DNA of 22,048 nucleotides from a virus (IMGVR_UViG_3300030444_000103:1-22048), one strand, 5' to 3'. Positions 1 through 8,320 are shown, counted from the first letter of the stretch. A program made the numbers and translations. The notes: generated by a model from the sequence alone, not told the origin.

Positions 1-24
1 GATACCGCCAAACGTCACCAGAAA
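1..24 (-). ncRNA. dicF: DicF sRNA, 5' portion only (continues off the left edge)
   Basis: Reverse complement of nt 1-24 is TTTCTGGTGACGTTTGGCGGTATC, which matches the recalled 5' end of E. coli DicF; it lies downstream (minus strand) of the ydfC-like gene as in the dicB operon. Recalled from memory, not searched. Confidence 0.5.
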
Positions 25-364
25 ATTGATAACAGAGGGCGTTGCAGCGGGGTTGTCACTTAAGCGTATGGTCAACCTGACAACCCGGTGTCCTCAACGG
101 GGAAGGAATAACCCCGCCATACTTACCGCCGCGCCATTTCGCGGGTTGCCACAACCGGAAGCGCACGGTCGACGAAAATTTAACGACAGGCTATCTATGA
201 ACCAGCTACCTCGCCGTGCGCTTTCGCGTTATGGTCTGACTTTTCAGGGAAATATCCTTTCAGTAAACTGTCAGTGCCGGATGCTCACCCGTGTCCGGCG
301 CACGCACTCCACCTCACCCGTGGAGAACTCCTTAATTACCAACCTTAGCTTCGTTGGTTAGCTA

Positions 365-583
365 TTAACGCGGGTATGTAATCATTCTGGCAATGCTTAA
401 TGCCGCTGCTTTTTCCAGATTGGTGATATCCTGCTCCAGAGAGAACAGATTTTCAGCCTGCTTAGCCCTGGCTTCATTAGCCCATTTCAGATCCTGCGCT
501 GCATTAATTTTCTGGTGCATCCACTCATAAAGTTCATCATCGGTATAGTCTGGCGCGATGATAACGGGTTCTCGTTTCTGCAT
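365..583 (-). CDS. ydfC: YdfC-like small prophage protein (72 aa)
   Basis: 72-aa ORF on the same strand and upstream of dicF; size and operon position match the K-12 dicA-ydfA-ydfB-ydfC-dicF arrangement. Confidence 0.5.
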   Translation of the reverse strand: MQKREPVIIAPDYTDDELYEWMHQKINAAQDLKWANEARAKQAENLFSLEQDITNLEKAAALSIARMITYPR

Positions 584-612
584 ACTGATTCCTTGCGGTG
601 CTGTTTCGCTTA

Positions 613-741
613 TCAGCCGTTAGATTTTGCCGAACTGGAAAGCGCCTGTTTAAATTCGCTGAAGCTGAGAGCTTCTTCGCCTTCGGCAAGGCCTTCGAAG
701 TATTCTTCGTAAGCCTTTTCCATGATTGTGTCGAAATCCAT
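613..741 (-). CDS. ydfB: YdfB-like small protein (42 aa)
   Basis: Hand translation of the minus strand gives MDFDTIMEKAYEEYFEGLAEGEEALSFSEFKQALSSSAKSNG then stop; below the 60-aa ORF-track cutoff; size and position match ydfB. Confidence 0.45.
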   Translation of the reverse strand: MDFDTIMEKAYEEYFEGLAEGEEALSFSEFKQALSSSAKSNG

Positions 742-742
742 A

Positions 743-898
743 TCACCCACCTGAATTTCTTTCCAGCCAGCGACGCGCTCCAGATTCGGTTTTAAACGTT
801 TTGCTTTTGGTATACGTCATTGCGGTGAACGTGCCGTCCTGGTTTGGAAACACGCCGTACACCAGAGATTCGTTGTTGCCAAGATCGATAGTATCCAT
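743..898 (-). CDS. ydfA: YdfA-like small protein (51 aa)
   Basis: Part of track ORF 743..952; internal ATG at 898 is preceded by GAGG and yields 51 aa (MDTIDLGNNESLVYG...), matching the size and position of ydfA. Confidence 0.45.
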   Translation of the reverse strand: MDTIDLGNNESLVYGVFPNQDGTFTAMTYTKSKTFKTESGARRWLERNSGG

Positions 899-1011
899 GC
901 TGACCTCATTTCCCCTTAACGCCGGGGTAGCGGAACTGTTTGCTGAGAACACCGTGCGGTGTCTTGATGGAAAATAATTTAGAATAACCTAACATGAGAG
1001 GCGAGTGTTTT

Positions 1012-1029
1012 TGTTAGATTGATCTAACA
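1012..1029. promoter_or_regulatory. Operator-like palindrome TGTTAGA-N4-TCTAACA downstream of the repressor gene
   Basis: Near-perfect inverted repeat TTGTTAGATTGATCTAACAA read directly; same half-sites as the site at 1523-1540. Confidence 0.5.
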
Positions 1030-1065
1030 AAAAGGGTGGGCGCAACTAATCACTTGAAAAGAATG

Positions 1066-1473
1066 TTATTTTATTGATTTATTTTTACGCGCTTTAAGCA
1101 TTTCTTCGAAGAGTTTGTTGAAGTTTTCTACTCTTGCGCGCATTTCAGACAGCAAGGCTTCCTGCTCGGAAGATGGAAGAGCATCGAATAATTCGATCAA
1201 TTCTTTGTGGTTGGGAGTTAGCTCTGTTTCCACATGAAGTTCTTGTGCAGGCACTGGTGCCTTGTCTTCGTCACCAAACATTAGCCATGTAGGTGAGCAC
1301 TTCAGAGCATCCGCTAAAGCAAACAATCGTTTTCCGACTGGCTGGGTTTCGTCTCTTTCCCATTGTGAAATTGTGACGTGAGCAACTCCAGCGAGGCGCG
1401 CGGCTTCTCGTTGTGTTAAGCGTAATTCTTTTCGTCGCGCCAGAACTCGCTGGCCCAGGGTTCTTGTATCCAT
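1066..1473 (-). CDS. dicA: XRE-family HTH prophage repressor, DicA-like (135 aa)
   Basis: N-terminal HTH (LRLTQREAARLAGVAHVTISQWE); 135 aa; divergent from a 76-aa Cro-like gene and co-directional with ydfA/B/C-dicF, as for DicA. Confidence 0.7.
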   Translation of the reverse strand: MDTRTLGQRVLARRKELRLTQREAARLAGVAHVTISQWERDETQPVGKRLFALADALKCSPTWLMFGDEDKAPVPAQELHVETELTPNHKELIELFDALPSSEQEALLSEMRARVENFNKLFEEMLKARKNKSIK

Positions 1474-1540
1474 AGTTAGGTAATTCTAATTTTTCTTGAC
1501 TTAGGTATCCCGCGCACAATAATGTTAGAAAAGTCTAACA
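1474..1540. promoter_or_regulatory. Divergent repressor/cro control region with two operator sites
   Basis: Perfect TGTTAGA-aaag-TCTAACA at 1523-1540 and a degenerate copy AGTTAGG-taat-TCTAATT at 1474-1491; TTGACT at 1496-1501 followed 17 nt later by ATAATG gives a candidate rightward promoter overlapping the operator. Confidence 0.5.
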
Positions 1541-1553
1541 AGAGGGGGATTTG

Positions 1554-1781
1554 ATGCTTAAAGTTGACGCAATTACTTTTTTTGGCAGCAAAACAAAGCT
1601 TGCCAATGCCGCAGGAGTGAGGCTGGCAAGTGTTGCTGCTTGGGGGATACTGGTTCCTGAAGGTCGCGCGATGCGTCTACAGGAGGCATCTGGCGGGGAG
1701 CTTCAGTATGATCCCAAAGTTTATGATGAATATCGTAAGACGAAGCGGGCGGGGCGGTTGAACAATGAAAATCACTCCTGA
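1554..1781 (+). CDS. dicC: Cro-like small HTH regulator, DicC / YdaS family
   Basis: Track ORF 1551..1781; ATG at 1554 after GAGGGGGA; divergent from the repressor; start could instead be TTG at 1551. Confidence 0.6.
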   Translation: MLKVDAITFFGSKTKLANAAGVRLASVAAWGILVPEGRAMRLQEASGGELQYDPKVYDEYRKTKRAGRLNNENHS

Positions 1782-2286
1782 ACAGGCTCGTGAGGCTCTG
1801 GATGCCTGGATATGTCGACCAGGAATGACACAGGAGCAGGCGACGATATTAATCACTGAAGCATTCTGGGCTTTGAAAGAGCGCCCGAACATCGATGTTC
1901 AGCGTGTCACAGATGAAGGTGGCGCGGTTGATCAGCGAGCGCTTGGTGTTAATCGAGTGAAGATATTCGAACGCTGGAAGGCTATCGACACCAGGGATAA
2001 GCGTGAAAAGTTCACGGCGCTAGTGCCTGCGATTATGGAGGCTATCCGGATTAGTGATTTCAGGTTGTATCGTGAAATTACTGACGGAAAAAGCATCACG
2101 TGCATGATCGCCGGGTTAAACAAAGAATATGGCGATGTGGTGGAGTCCGGACTGCTTTTTGCTGATCCTGCCGTAGTGGATCGTGAAACTGACGAACTTA
2201 TAGAAAAAGCAATTGCTTTCAAGCTTGCGTATCGACAGCAATACCAACAAAAAGCTGGATGGAATTATGAGCCTTCTTTTTGCTGA
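1765..2286 (+). CDS. YdaT-like prophage protein in the cII position
   Basis: 173-aa ORF overlapping the end of the cro-like gene; family assignment is from weak recalled resemblance only. Confidence 0.5.
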   Translation: MKITPEQAREALDAWICRPGMTQEQATILITEAFWALKERPNIDVQRVTDEGGAVDQRALGVNRVKIFERWKAIDTRDKREKFTALVPAIMEAIRISDFRLYREITDGKSITCMIAGLNKEYGDVVESGLLFADPAVVDRETDELIEKAIAFKLAYRQQYQQKAGWNYEPSFC

Positions 2287-3232
2287 ACGCCCACTGGTTA
2301 TAAACACGCAGCTGGCAATGAAAATTGGCTTAAACGAAGCCATTGTTTTGCAACAACTGCACTACTGGTTGAGAGATACCAACTCCGGCATGGAATGTGA
2401 TGGTGTTCGCTGGATTTATAACACAACGGAACAATGGCTGGAACAGTTCCCATTCTGGTCAGAGTCAACGTTAAAGCGCGCGTTTGCAAGTCTGAAAACG
2501 CTGGGGCTTTTGCGTTGTGAAAAGCTCAATAAATCAAAGCGCGATATGACCAATTTCTACATGATCAACTATGGGAGCGAGCTTTTAGATGGTGGCAAAT
2601 TGAGCGAATCCATCGGTTCAAAATGCGCCGCTCCATCAGGTCAAAATGACACGATGGAAGAGGTCAAAATGAAACGCTCCATTGATTCAAAACGACCCAA
2701 TGTCATCGGGTCAAAATGGCCTGATGATCTTACAGAGAATACAACAGAGATTACTACAGAGAATAAAAACACTTTTCGTCCGGAAGCTTCGCAACCGGAC
2801 CCGCAGACGACTGAACAGGATTTTTTAACCCGGAACTCCGACGCGGTTGTGTTTAGTGCGAAAAAACGCCAGTGGGGTAGCAGGGAGGATTTGGCGTGTG
2901 CGCAGTGGATCTGGGGGCGGATCGTGGGTCTCTACGAACAGGCAGCCAGTGATGATGGCGAGATCATGCGACCAAAAGAGCCTAACTGGACTGCCTGGGC
3001 CAATGACGTGCGCACAATGCGGATGCTGGATGGCAGAAGCCACAGACAAATTTGCGAAATGTTTGGTCGGGTTCAGCGAGATCCATTCTGGGTAAAAAAC
3101 ATCATGAGCCCGTCAAAGCTCCGCGAAAAATGGGACGAACTGGTCATCCGCCTGGGACGTTCACCTGTACAGCGTTGTGTTAATCATATTTCTGAACCGG
3201 ATACAGAAATTCCGCCTGGTTTCAGAGGATAA
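2267..3232 (+). CDS. Phage replication initiator (O-like replisome organiser)
   Basis: Track ORF 2213..3232 with likely ATG at 2267 after GGATGG; N-terminus MSLLFAERPLVINTQLAMKIGLNEAIVLQQLHYWL is typical of replisome-organiser N-domains; iteron-like repeats lie inside the gene. Confidence 0.65.
   Translation: MSLLFAERPLVINTQLAMKIGLNEAIVLQQLHYWLRDTNSGMECDGVRWIYNTTEQWLEQFPFWSESTLKRAFASLKTLGLLRCEKLNKSKRDMTNFYMINYGSELLDGGKLSESIGSKCAAPSGQNDTMEEVKMKRSIDSKRPNVIGSKWPDDLTENTTEITTENKNTFRPEASQPDPQTTEQDFLTRNSDAVVFSAKKRQWGSREDLACAQWIWGRIVGLYEQAASDDGEIMRPKEPNWTAWANDVRTMRMLDGRSHRQICEMFGRVQRDPFWVKNIMSPSKLREKWDELVIRLGRSPVQRCVNHISEPDTEIPPGFRG
2610..2720 (+). repeat. Iteron-like direct repeats (putative ori) inside the replication gene
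   Basis: Five copies of CCATCrGkTCAAAATG-like motifs at about 2610, 2633, 2660, 2681 and 2703, spaced about 22-24 bp. Confidence 0.5.
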
Positions 3233-3272
3233 GTGTTGATTTCAGGTCATGAGGTAATTTTAAGGGGGACTT

Positions 3273-3695
3273 GTGGCAAAAGTTTTTACACAAGAAGAGC
3301 GGGAAAAAATTAAATGGCAGGTGGTGGAACTCGTGCGCCAGAGCGGCCGTGAGACGTTACGGCAACTGGAAGCTAAAACAGGTGCGACTAGATATCTGAT
3401 GAGCGTTCTTGCCAGAGAGCTGGTAGCCAGTGGCGATGTATACAACTCCGGCTACGGGTTATTCCCCTCTGAACAGGCGCGTAAGGACTGGCAAAACGCC
3501 CGCAAAAAACTCTCGAGGGCAAAGGTGAAGAAACCTGCTGTGGTTGATCCGGACCTTATCTGGTCATCACCTGACGGAGAAATACGTCGCTACGACAGTC
3601 GCCTAAACATAATCTGTCGCGAGTGCCGGAAGAGCGAAGTTATGCAGCGCATACTGGCTTTCTATCAGGGTAATTTTCAGGACGTGGCGCAGTGA
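3273..3695 (+). CDS. Hypothetical prophage protein (140 aa), GTG start
   Basis: ORF with AAGGGGGA upstream of a GTG start; its stop overlaps the start of the next gene; no family recognised. Confidence 0.5.
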   Translation: MAKVFTQEEREKIKWQVVELVRQSGRETLRQLEAKTGATRYLMSVLARELVASGDVYNSGYGLFPSEQARKDWQNARKKLSRAKVKKPAVVDPDLIWSSPDGEIRRYDSRLNIICRECRKSEVMQRILAFYQGNFQDVAQ

Positions 3696-4137
3696 GTGCA
3701 CCGGCAACCATTCTTGATATGTGCTGTGGCAGCCGCATGTTCTGGTTCGATAAGTCTGACGAACGGGCGATATTTAGCGATATCAGAAAAGAAGGATACA
3801 CATTACGCAATGGGAGACGCTTGATTATCAGCCCTGACATTATCGCAGATTTTCGTGCATTATCATTTGCAGACGCATCTTTTTCGATGGTTGTATTAGA
3901 CCCTCCGCATCTTGAGCGTGTTGGTGATAACGCCTGGATGGGAAAGAAATATGGACGGCTGAATAAAGATGCCTGGCGTGATGATTTGCGACAGAGATTT
4001 AAAGAAGCTTTTCGGGTGTTGAGGCCGCACGGCGTTCTGATTTTTTAATGGAATGAAACGCAAATACCGGTAAGCCAGATTCTGGCACTGACAGATAGAA
4101 AGCCTGTTATCTGTCAACGAACAGGGAAAAAACGATA
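3692..4137 (+). pseudogene. DNA methyltransferase (DPPY/DPPH-motif type), frameshifted at a T6 run
   Basis: 118-aa ORF containing VVLDPPH ends at TAA within TTTTTT (4041-4046); the next frame continues open (WNETQIPVSQILALTDRKPVICQRTGKKR) to about 4137; no SAM-binding motif follows, so the gene is truncated. Confidence 0.5.
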
Positions 4138-4310
4138 AAACCCACTGGATTATTTTTATGAAAGAGGCATCCAGTGAGTAGATTCGTAAGGTTACAGATA
4201 CGTATATCTGAATAATTAAATTCAGTTCTGTAAATAAAACTTAATCCTTAACCGGATGGATTTCTGCACCCTCAGAACATCAGGAGGCCGCCCGAAAGGG
4301 CGGTAGTGAA

Positions 4311-4493
4311 ATGCGAAAGTTCAAAATTATTATTGAAACGGGAATAGCTGGTGGAGATTTTGAGGATGTATTCGAAGTGGACGATGACGCAACACCTGAT
4401 GAAATTCATGACGGAGCATAAGAAATTTTCTTTAACTACTGCAATTACTCATACCACGAAATAAAAGACGATGAGGAAGAACAAAGTGGCTGA
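4311..4493 (+). pseudogene. Short ORF with an in-frame TAA at 4419-4421
   Basis: Hand translation: MRKFKIIIETGIAGGDFEDVFEVDDDATPDEIHDGA, stop, then EIFFNYCNYSYHEIKDDEEEQSG. Confidence 0.3.
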
Positions 4494-4662
4494 TTTTTGT
4501 TCAGCTAAATATAACATCAGTTTTGAAGAGCGGGATGAACTATTAATGGACTATGGTGAGTTACGCGGTGGAAGTGCTGCTGATGTCGAATCCTAGCGTG
4601 ATGACTATGAAGCGGGAAAAACTCCGGTCGAAGCATATTGTGATGAGTGGGGCGATGAATGA
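4471..4662 (+). pseudogene. Short ORF with an in-frame TAG at 4594-4596
   Basis: Hand translation: MRKNKVADFCSAKYNISFEERDELLMDYGELRGGSAADVES, stop, then RDDYEAGKTPVEAYCDEWGDE; its TGA overlaps the next ATG (ATGA). Confidence 0.3.
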
Positions 4663-4946
4663 GCGAGATTAATTATCAGGAAGGGCATGAAACGGCGGGG
4701 CAAGCAAAACCAGTGACATGGCGATATCGCTACGTGAAAAAAGGCGTTACGGACTTTCAGGGGAAGTAGTGGTCTGGTGACTGGAAATATGTACCGAAAA
4801 AAGAGGATTGTAACGACAGGCCGAACTATCAAATTCAGGCCTTATTCACTGCCTCACCAGTCCCGGTTACATCAGAAGAATTGGTTAAAGCTGTGCACTT
4901 TTATGAACAACTAAAACGCGAAAATCCACCAACATCCGGCAACTAG
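4659..4946 (+). pseudogene. Short ORF with an in-frame TAG at 4767-4769
   Basis: Hand translation: MSEINYQEGHETAGQAKPVTWRYRYVKKGVTDFQGK, stop, then a 58-codon open stretch WSGDWKYVPKKEDCNDRPNYQIQALFTASPVPVTSEELVKAVHFYEQLKRENPPTSGN. Confidence 0.3.
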
Positions 4947-5200
4947 ATTAATGGGTTAACTATGTCGGTTAAACGACCAGCCAACTGAAAAAGCGGAAAC
5001 CTGATTACAGGTTGCCAGATAAGGCAATGAGCTACCTGGCGCGGAACGGACTGATAAGTATGGGGAATGTTTTACGATGAACCTTTAGACTAAAGAGTTT
5101 GTAACGCTATGTAAGTGATTTTTTCTGGTTTAGATATTTATATGTCCGGCCAAATTGAGGTGTGTTTAAATGTAATTGCACATTGATTGTAGGAGGAATA

Positions 5201-5380
5201 ATGAAAAACGCATTGCAGTTTTTGTTTGTTGCGTTCTGGTTGTTCGCATCATGTATGCCCATCATCTTCACAGCAAGGTATATGGAAAAAGTTGATGTTT
5301 TGATATTAATATTTGGATATATAAATGCCCTTTTTTTAGGGGTGTTCATGGCGGTCATGTGCATTGAATACTGGCGGTAA
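5201..5380 (+). CDS. Small hydrophobic (two-helix) membrane protein, 59 aa
   Basis: Strong SD AGGAGG 5 nt before ATG 5201 (inside track ORF 5162..5380); MKNALQFLFVAFWLFASCMPIIFTARYMEKVDVLILIFGYINALFLGVFMAVMCIEYWR; sits in an AT-rich island. Confidence 0.45.
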   Translation: MKNALQFLFVAFWLFASCMPIIFTARYMEKVDVLILIFGYINALFLGVFMAVMCIEYWR

Positions 5381-5559
5381 ATACAGCGAATTCCATTGGT
5401 TTAGTTGGATATTTACTGTGCTGGACAAAAACGGTTTGCGGGGAAATCTTAGTTAAGTAGAATGACTGCGGGTGCTTGAGGCTATCTGCCTCGGGCACGA
5501 ACACCAACGGCAGGTAGAGAAAAGCCCCAGTTAACATTACGCGTCCTGCAAGACGCTTA

Positions 5560-5640
5560 ACATTAATCTGAGGCCAATTTCATGCCAGACACATGTAGGT
5601 TAGCCTCTTACGTGCCGAAAGGCAAGGAGAAGCAGGCTAT
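5560..5640 (+). pseudogene. hok/gef-family 5' region remnant, cut at the start codon
   Basis: GCCTCTTACGTGCCGAAAGGCAAGGAGAAGCAGGCTAT matches the recalled hokC-type leader and SD and resembles the intact hokD start at 8941-8958; the coding sequence is absent after the start-codon position. Confidence 0.4.
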
Positions 5641-7127
5641 TGTTAACACCAAGCTGTAATGTCCCCTTTGAACCATTCTAAAATGTCCCCAGACAATTCT
5701 CTGGGGGATTTTTCATGACCAAAGAAACTGTTACGATGAGTCATAAGGAACTCCACCGACTTCAGATTATTCAGGAGTCAATTAATCGACATATTACTCA
5801 GGAACAAGCTGCGGCACGCATTGGCATTTCTATTCGGCAGGTTAAACGTCTGGTGCAACGGTATAGAAATGAAGGGCCTTCTGGTCTGGTTTCCCACCGA
5901 CGTGGAAAGCGTCCTAATAATTCCTTTTCTACTGAATTCAGAGCAACAGTAATTTTACTCCTCAAAGGCCGTTACGCTGATTTTGGACCTACGTTTGCGT
6001 GCGAAAAATTGCGCGAGATACACGGTTTATCTTTATCCGTTGAAACTCTCAGAAAGTGGATGATAGAAGAGGGGGGTATGGCGTGAACGCCGTCGTAAAA
6101 TTGCCCGTATATATCAACGCCGCATGCGACGACCATCTTACGGTGAACTGATCCAGATTGATGGCTCACCTCATGACTGGTTTGAAAATCGAGGCCCCAG
6201 ATGTACACTGATCGTTTTCATTGATGATGCCACCAGTGCGTTGATGGCGTTGCGTTTTGTGCCTGCTGAAACAACCCGGGCTTACATGGAAACCCTCCGG
6301 GGTTACCTTAATGATCATGGCGTACCGCTCGCTCTCTACTCTGATAGACACAGTATATTCAGGGTAAATAACCCAGAGCGGGAAGGTGAGCTGACCCAGT
6401 TCACTCGTGCGATAAAGACACTGGGCATCGAGCCAATCCATGCCAACAGCCCGCAGGCAAAAGGGCGGGTAGAGCGCGCCAATCAGACACTACAGGACAG
6501 GCTGGTCAAAGAAATGCGGCTTCAGAATATCAGTGATATTGAAACAGCAAATGCATGGTTGCCGACCTTTATTGAAGCCTATAACAACCGGTTCGCTACG
6601 TCGCCTCGTACTACTGATAATGCTCATCTTGATGTGCACCATTCTGAAGAGGAACTGGGTTATATCTTCAGCCTACAGGCGAAGCGCGTTCTGTCTAAAA
6701 ATCTCACTTTCCAGTACAAAAGCAGTGCGTTTCAGGTACGCAGTGAGGGCCGGGGATATCGACTTAGGCATTCGGTTGTTACTGTATGCGAGAACTTTGA
6801 CGGTGAAATTAACGTTCTGTATGACGGGAAAGCGCTGGGCTGGGAAAAGTATGTTGATGGCCCGGAGCCTATACCACTGGATGATGAAAAGAGTGTCCAT
6901 GAACGAGTGGATAATGCCCGTATTGATTTACGCTCAAAATACTATGTTAAACCTAAAGCTGACCATCCCTGGCTTACGCGCCGAACGCAAAGTCATCAGC
7001 AAGTTAAGCCCCCGAAGTTACCTAAAAAGAAGCCTGATCCCGATAAAAAAGATTGAAACCAAGATCGATTCGGTTGAGTGCATATCCATTCATAGGGTAG
7101 ATTCTTAAGTCGCGTTTCTGGTGTTCA
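5641..7127 (+). mobile_element. Insertion sequence with a DDE (rve) transposase, IS481/ISNCY-like; boundaries approximate
   Basis: Begins where hok homology ends; candidate imperfect terminal inverted repeats TGTTAACACCA (left) and TGAACACCA (right, reverse complement); no clear target-site duplication. Confidence 0.4.
5715..7056 (+). pseudogene. DDE transposase split into two ORFs by a frameshift in a G6 run (6071-6076)
   Basis: ORF 5715..6086 carries the N-terminal HTH; ORF 6124..7056 carries the integrase core; the alternative frame across the G run reads ...EEGVWRERRRKIARIYQRRMRRPSYGELIQ..., joining them. Confidence 0.7.
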
Positions 7128-7492
7128 TTTTCGGGTGGTTTGTTACTTGTTTTACCGGGGATATGCCAGAAACGCGCTGAGTCAGTCTGGGCGGTGCGCG
7201 TAATGAGGCGTTATGGTAAATAGCCTATGCTAATGTCCGCTAAGAGCAAGAAGCGGAAGTTGGCAGTTTTGTGGACTGTCCCCACAAAAGTGACTACAGA
7301 AATAGTTGCAATTCATAATTGATCATGGGTTGTCAGTTAAACTCGTGGCGATTTAAATAGACTAATTGGGAGTGCGTCCATTACTTATATCTTGTAATGT
7401 TAACTATCAGAAATGATACAAAGATAATATGTCTTTAAAGAAAAGGCTGATGGCGAAAAGTGGCCCGATGAGGGCCACAATACGGCTGTCAC

Positions 7493-7825
7493 TTAGACGT
7501 AAATATCAATGGTGCCAGCGGTATTTGTATCGTCTTTTTTCTCTTCTTTTTTATCAGGCTGAACTGTCGCGTCTTTATTCTTTTTCTCTGCCTGCTGCCT
7601 TAACAACTGCTCCAGTTGAGCCCTGAGGCTTTCAATTTGCTTCTGTACCAATGCAGCCATTTCTTTTTTCTGCTGTGTCGTCATCCCCTCTTCCGATGAG
7701 ATTTTCCCAAGCTTTTCAGTCAGCACCTGAATTTGTCTTGTGATTTTGGCTATTTCTGATGTTCCTTCCGGGGCGGAGTTGTTTGAAATAACGGTTGAGG
7801 TATTTCCCTGAATTGTGACAGACAT
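7493..7825 (-). CDS. flxA: FlxA-like protein (110 aa)
   Basis: 110-aa coiled-coil-like ORF matching the recalled size and context of Qin flxA; preceded by a sigma-28 promoter match. Confidence 0.65.
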   Translation of the reverse strand: MSVTIQGNTSTVISNNSAPEGTSEIAKITRQIQVLTEKLGKISSEEGMTTQQKKEMAALVQKQIESLRAQLEQLLRQQAEKKNKDATVQPDKKEEKKDDTNTAGTIDIYV

Positions 7826-7848
7826 AGATTTCTCCTTTTAAAAAAGCA

Positions 7849-7875
7849 CTATCGGCATGCACAAAAAAATCTTTA
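7849..7875 (-). promoter_or_regulatory. Sigma-28 (FliA) promoter for flxA
   Basis: Minus strand reads TAAAGATT-N11-GCCGATAG against consensus TAAAGTTT-N11-GCCGATAA, about 25 nt upstream of the start codon. Confidence 0.6.
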
Positions 7876-8320
7876 ATCGTATTTCTTGTGTCATTAATTG
7901 TTTGATGTTCAGATTGTTTTCCTCGCGGGCTGGCGCGCCTCAGAAAGTAAAGCTTGTTGACAGGGGTAAACGTTCGGCAATAATTTTCTGCCGCATGCGG
8001 GTGTTGCATAAAACGTGCTACGTTCCTTTATCGACAGGTCAGGTCACCGCTCACCCGCCGACGAGAAAGCAACACTGACATGCTAAAGCAAAAAATAGAT
8101 GAATAAGTTGAGTTGTGCATATGTAGCCTGACCGTCACAAAGTATATGGTGTCTGTACCAGTAAGATGATGGCCGGACTCTTTAAAAACGAGCTGACCTG
8201 CACAATACAGGATGGACTTAGCAATGGCTGCTCCTGGCACAAAGCGGACAGTGATCACCGTTCTTACGACTACTTTCTGACTTCCTTCGTGACTTGCCCT
8301 AAGCATGTTGTAGTGCGATA

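Noticed and set aside
26-361. 111-aa plus-strand ORF
   Set aside because: Arg-rich low-complexity translation with no RBS, lying antisense in the ydfC-dicF spacer; probably not coding.
613-952. Apparent frameshifted gene on the minus strand (ORF 743..952 running into another open frame)
   Set aside because: It resolves into two separate small genes with their own starts and stops (51 aa, 743-898, and 42 aa, 613-741), matching the ydfA/ydfB arrangement; no frameshift is needed.
6533-7108. 191-aa plus-strand ORF
   Set aside because: Alternative frame inside the transposase core.
7128-7430. Searched for the 3' half of the IS-disrupted hok gene downstream of the IS
   Set aside because: No hok-like coding sequence found; only a short inverted repeat (CGCGTTTCTGG / CCAGAAACGCG, about 7110-7190) of unclear meaning.
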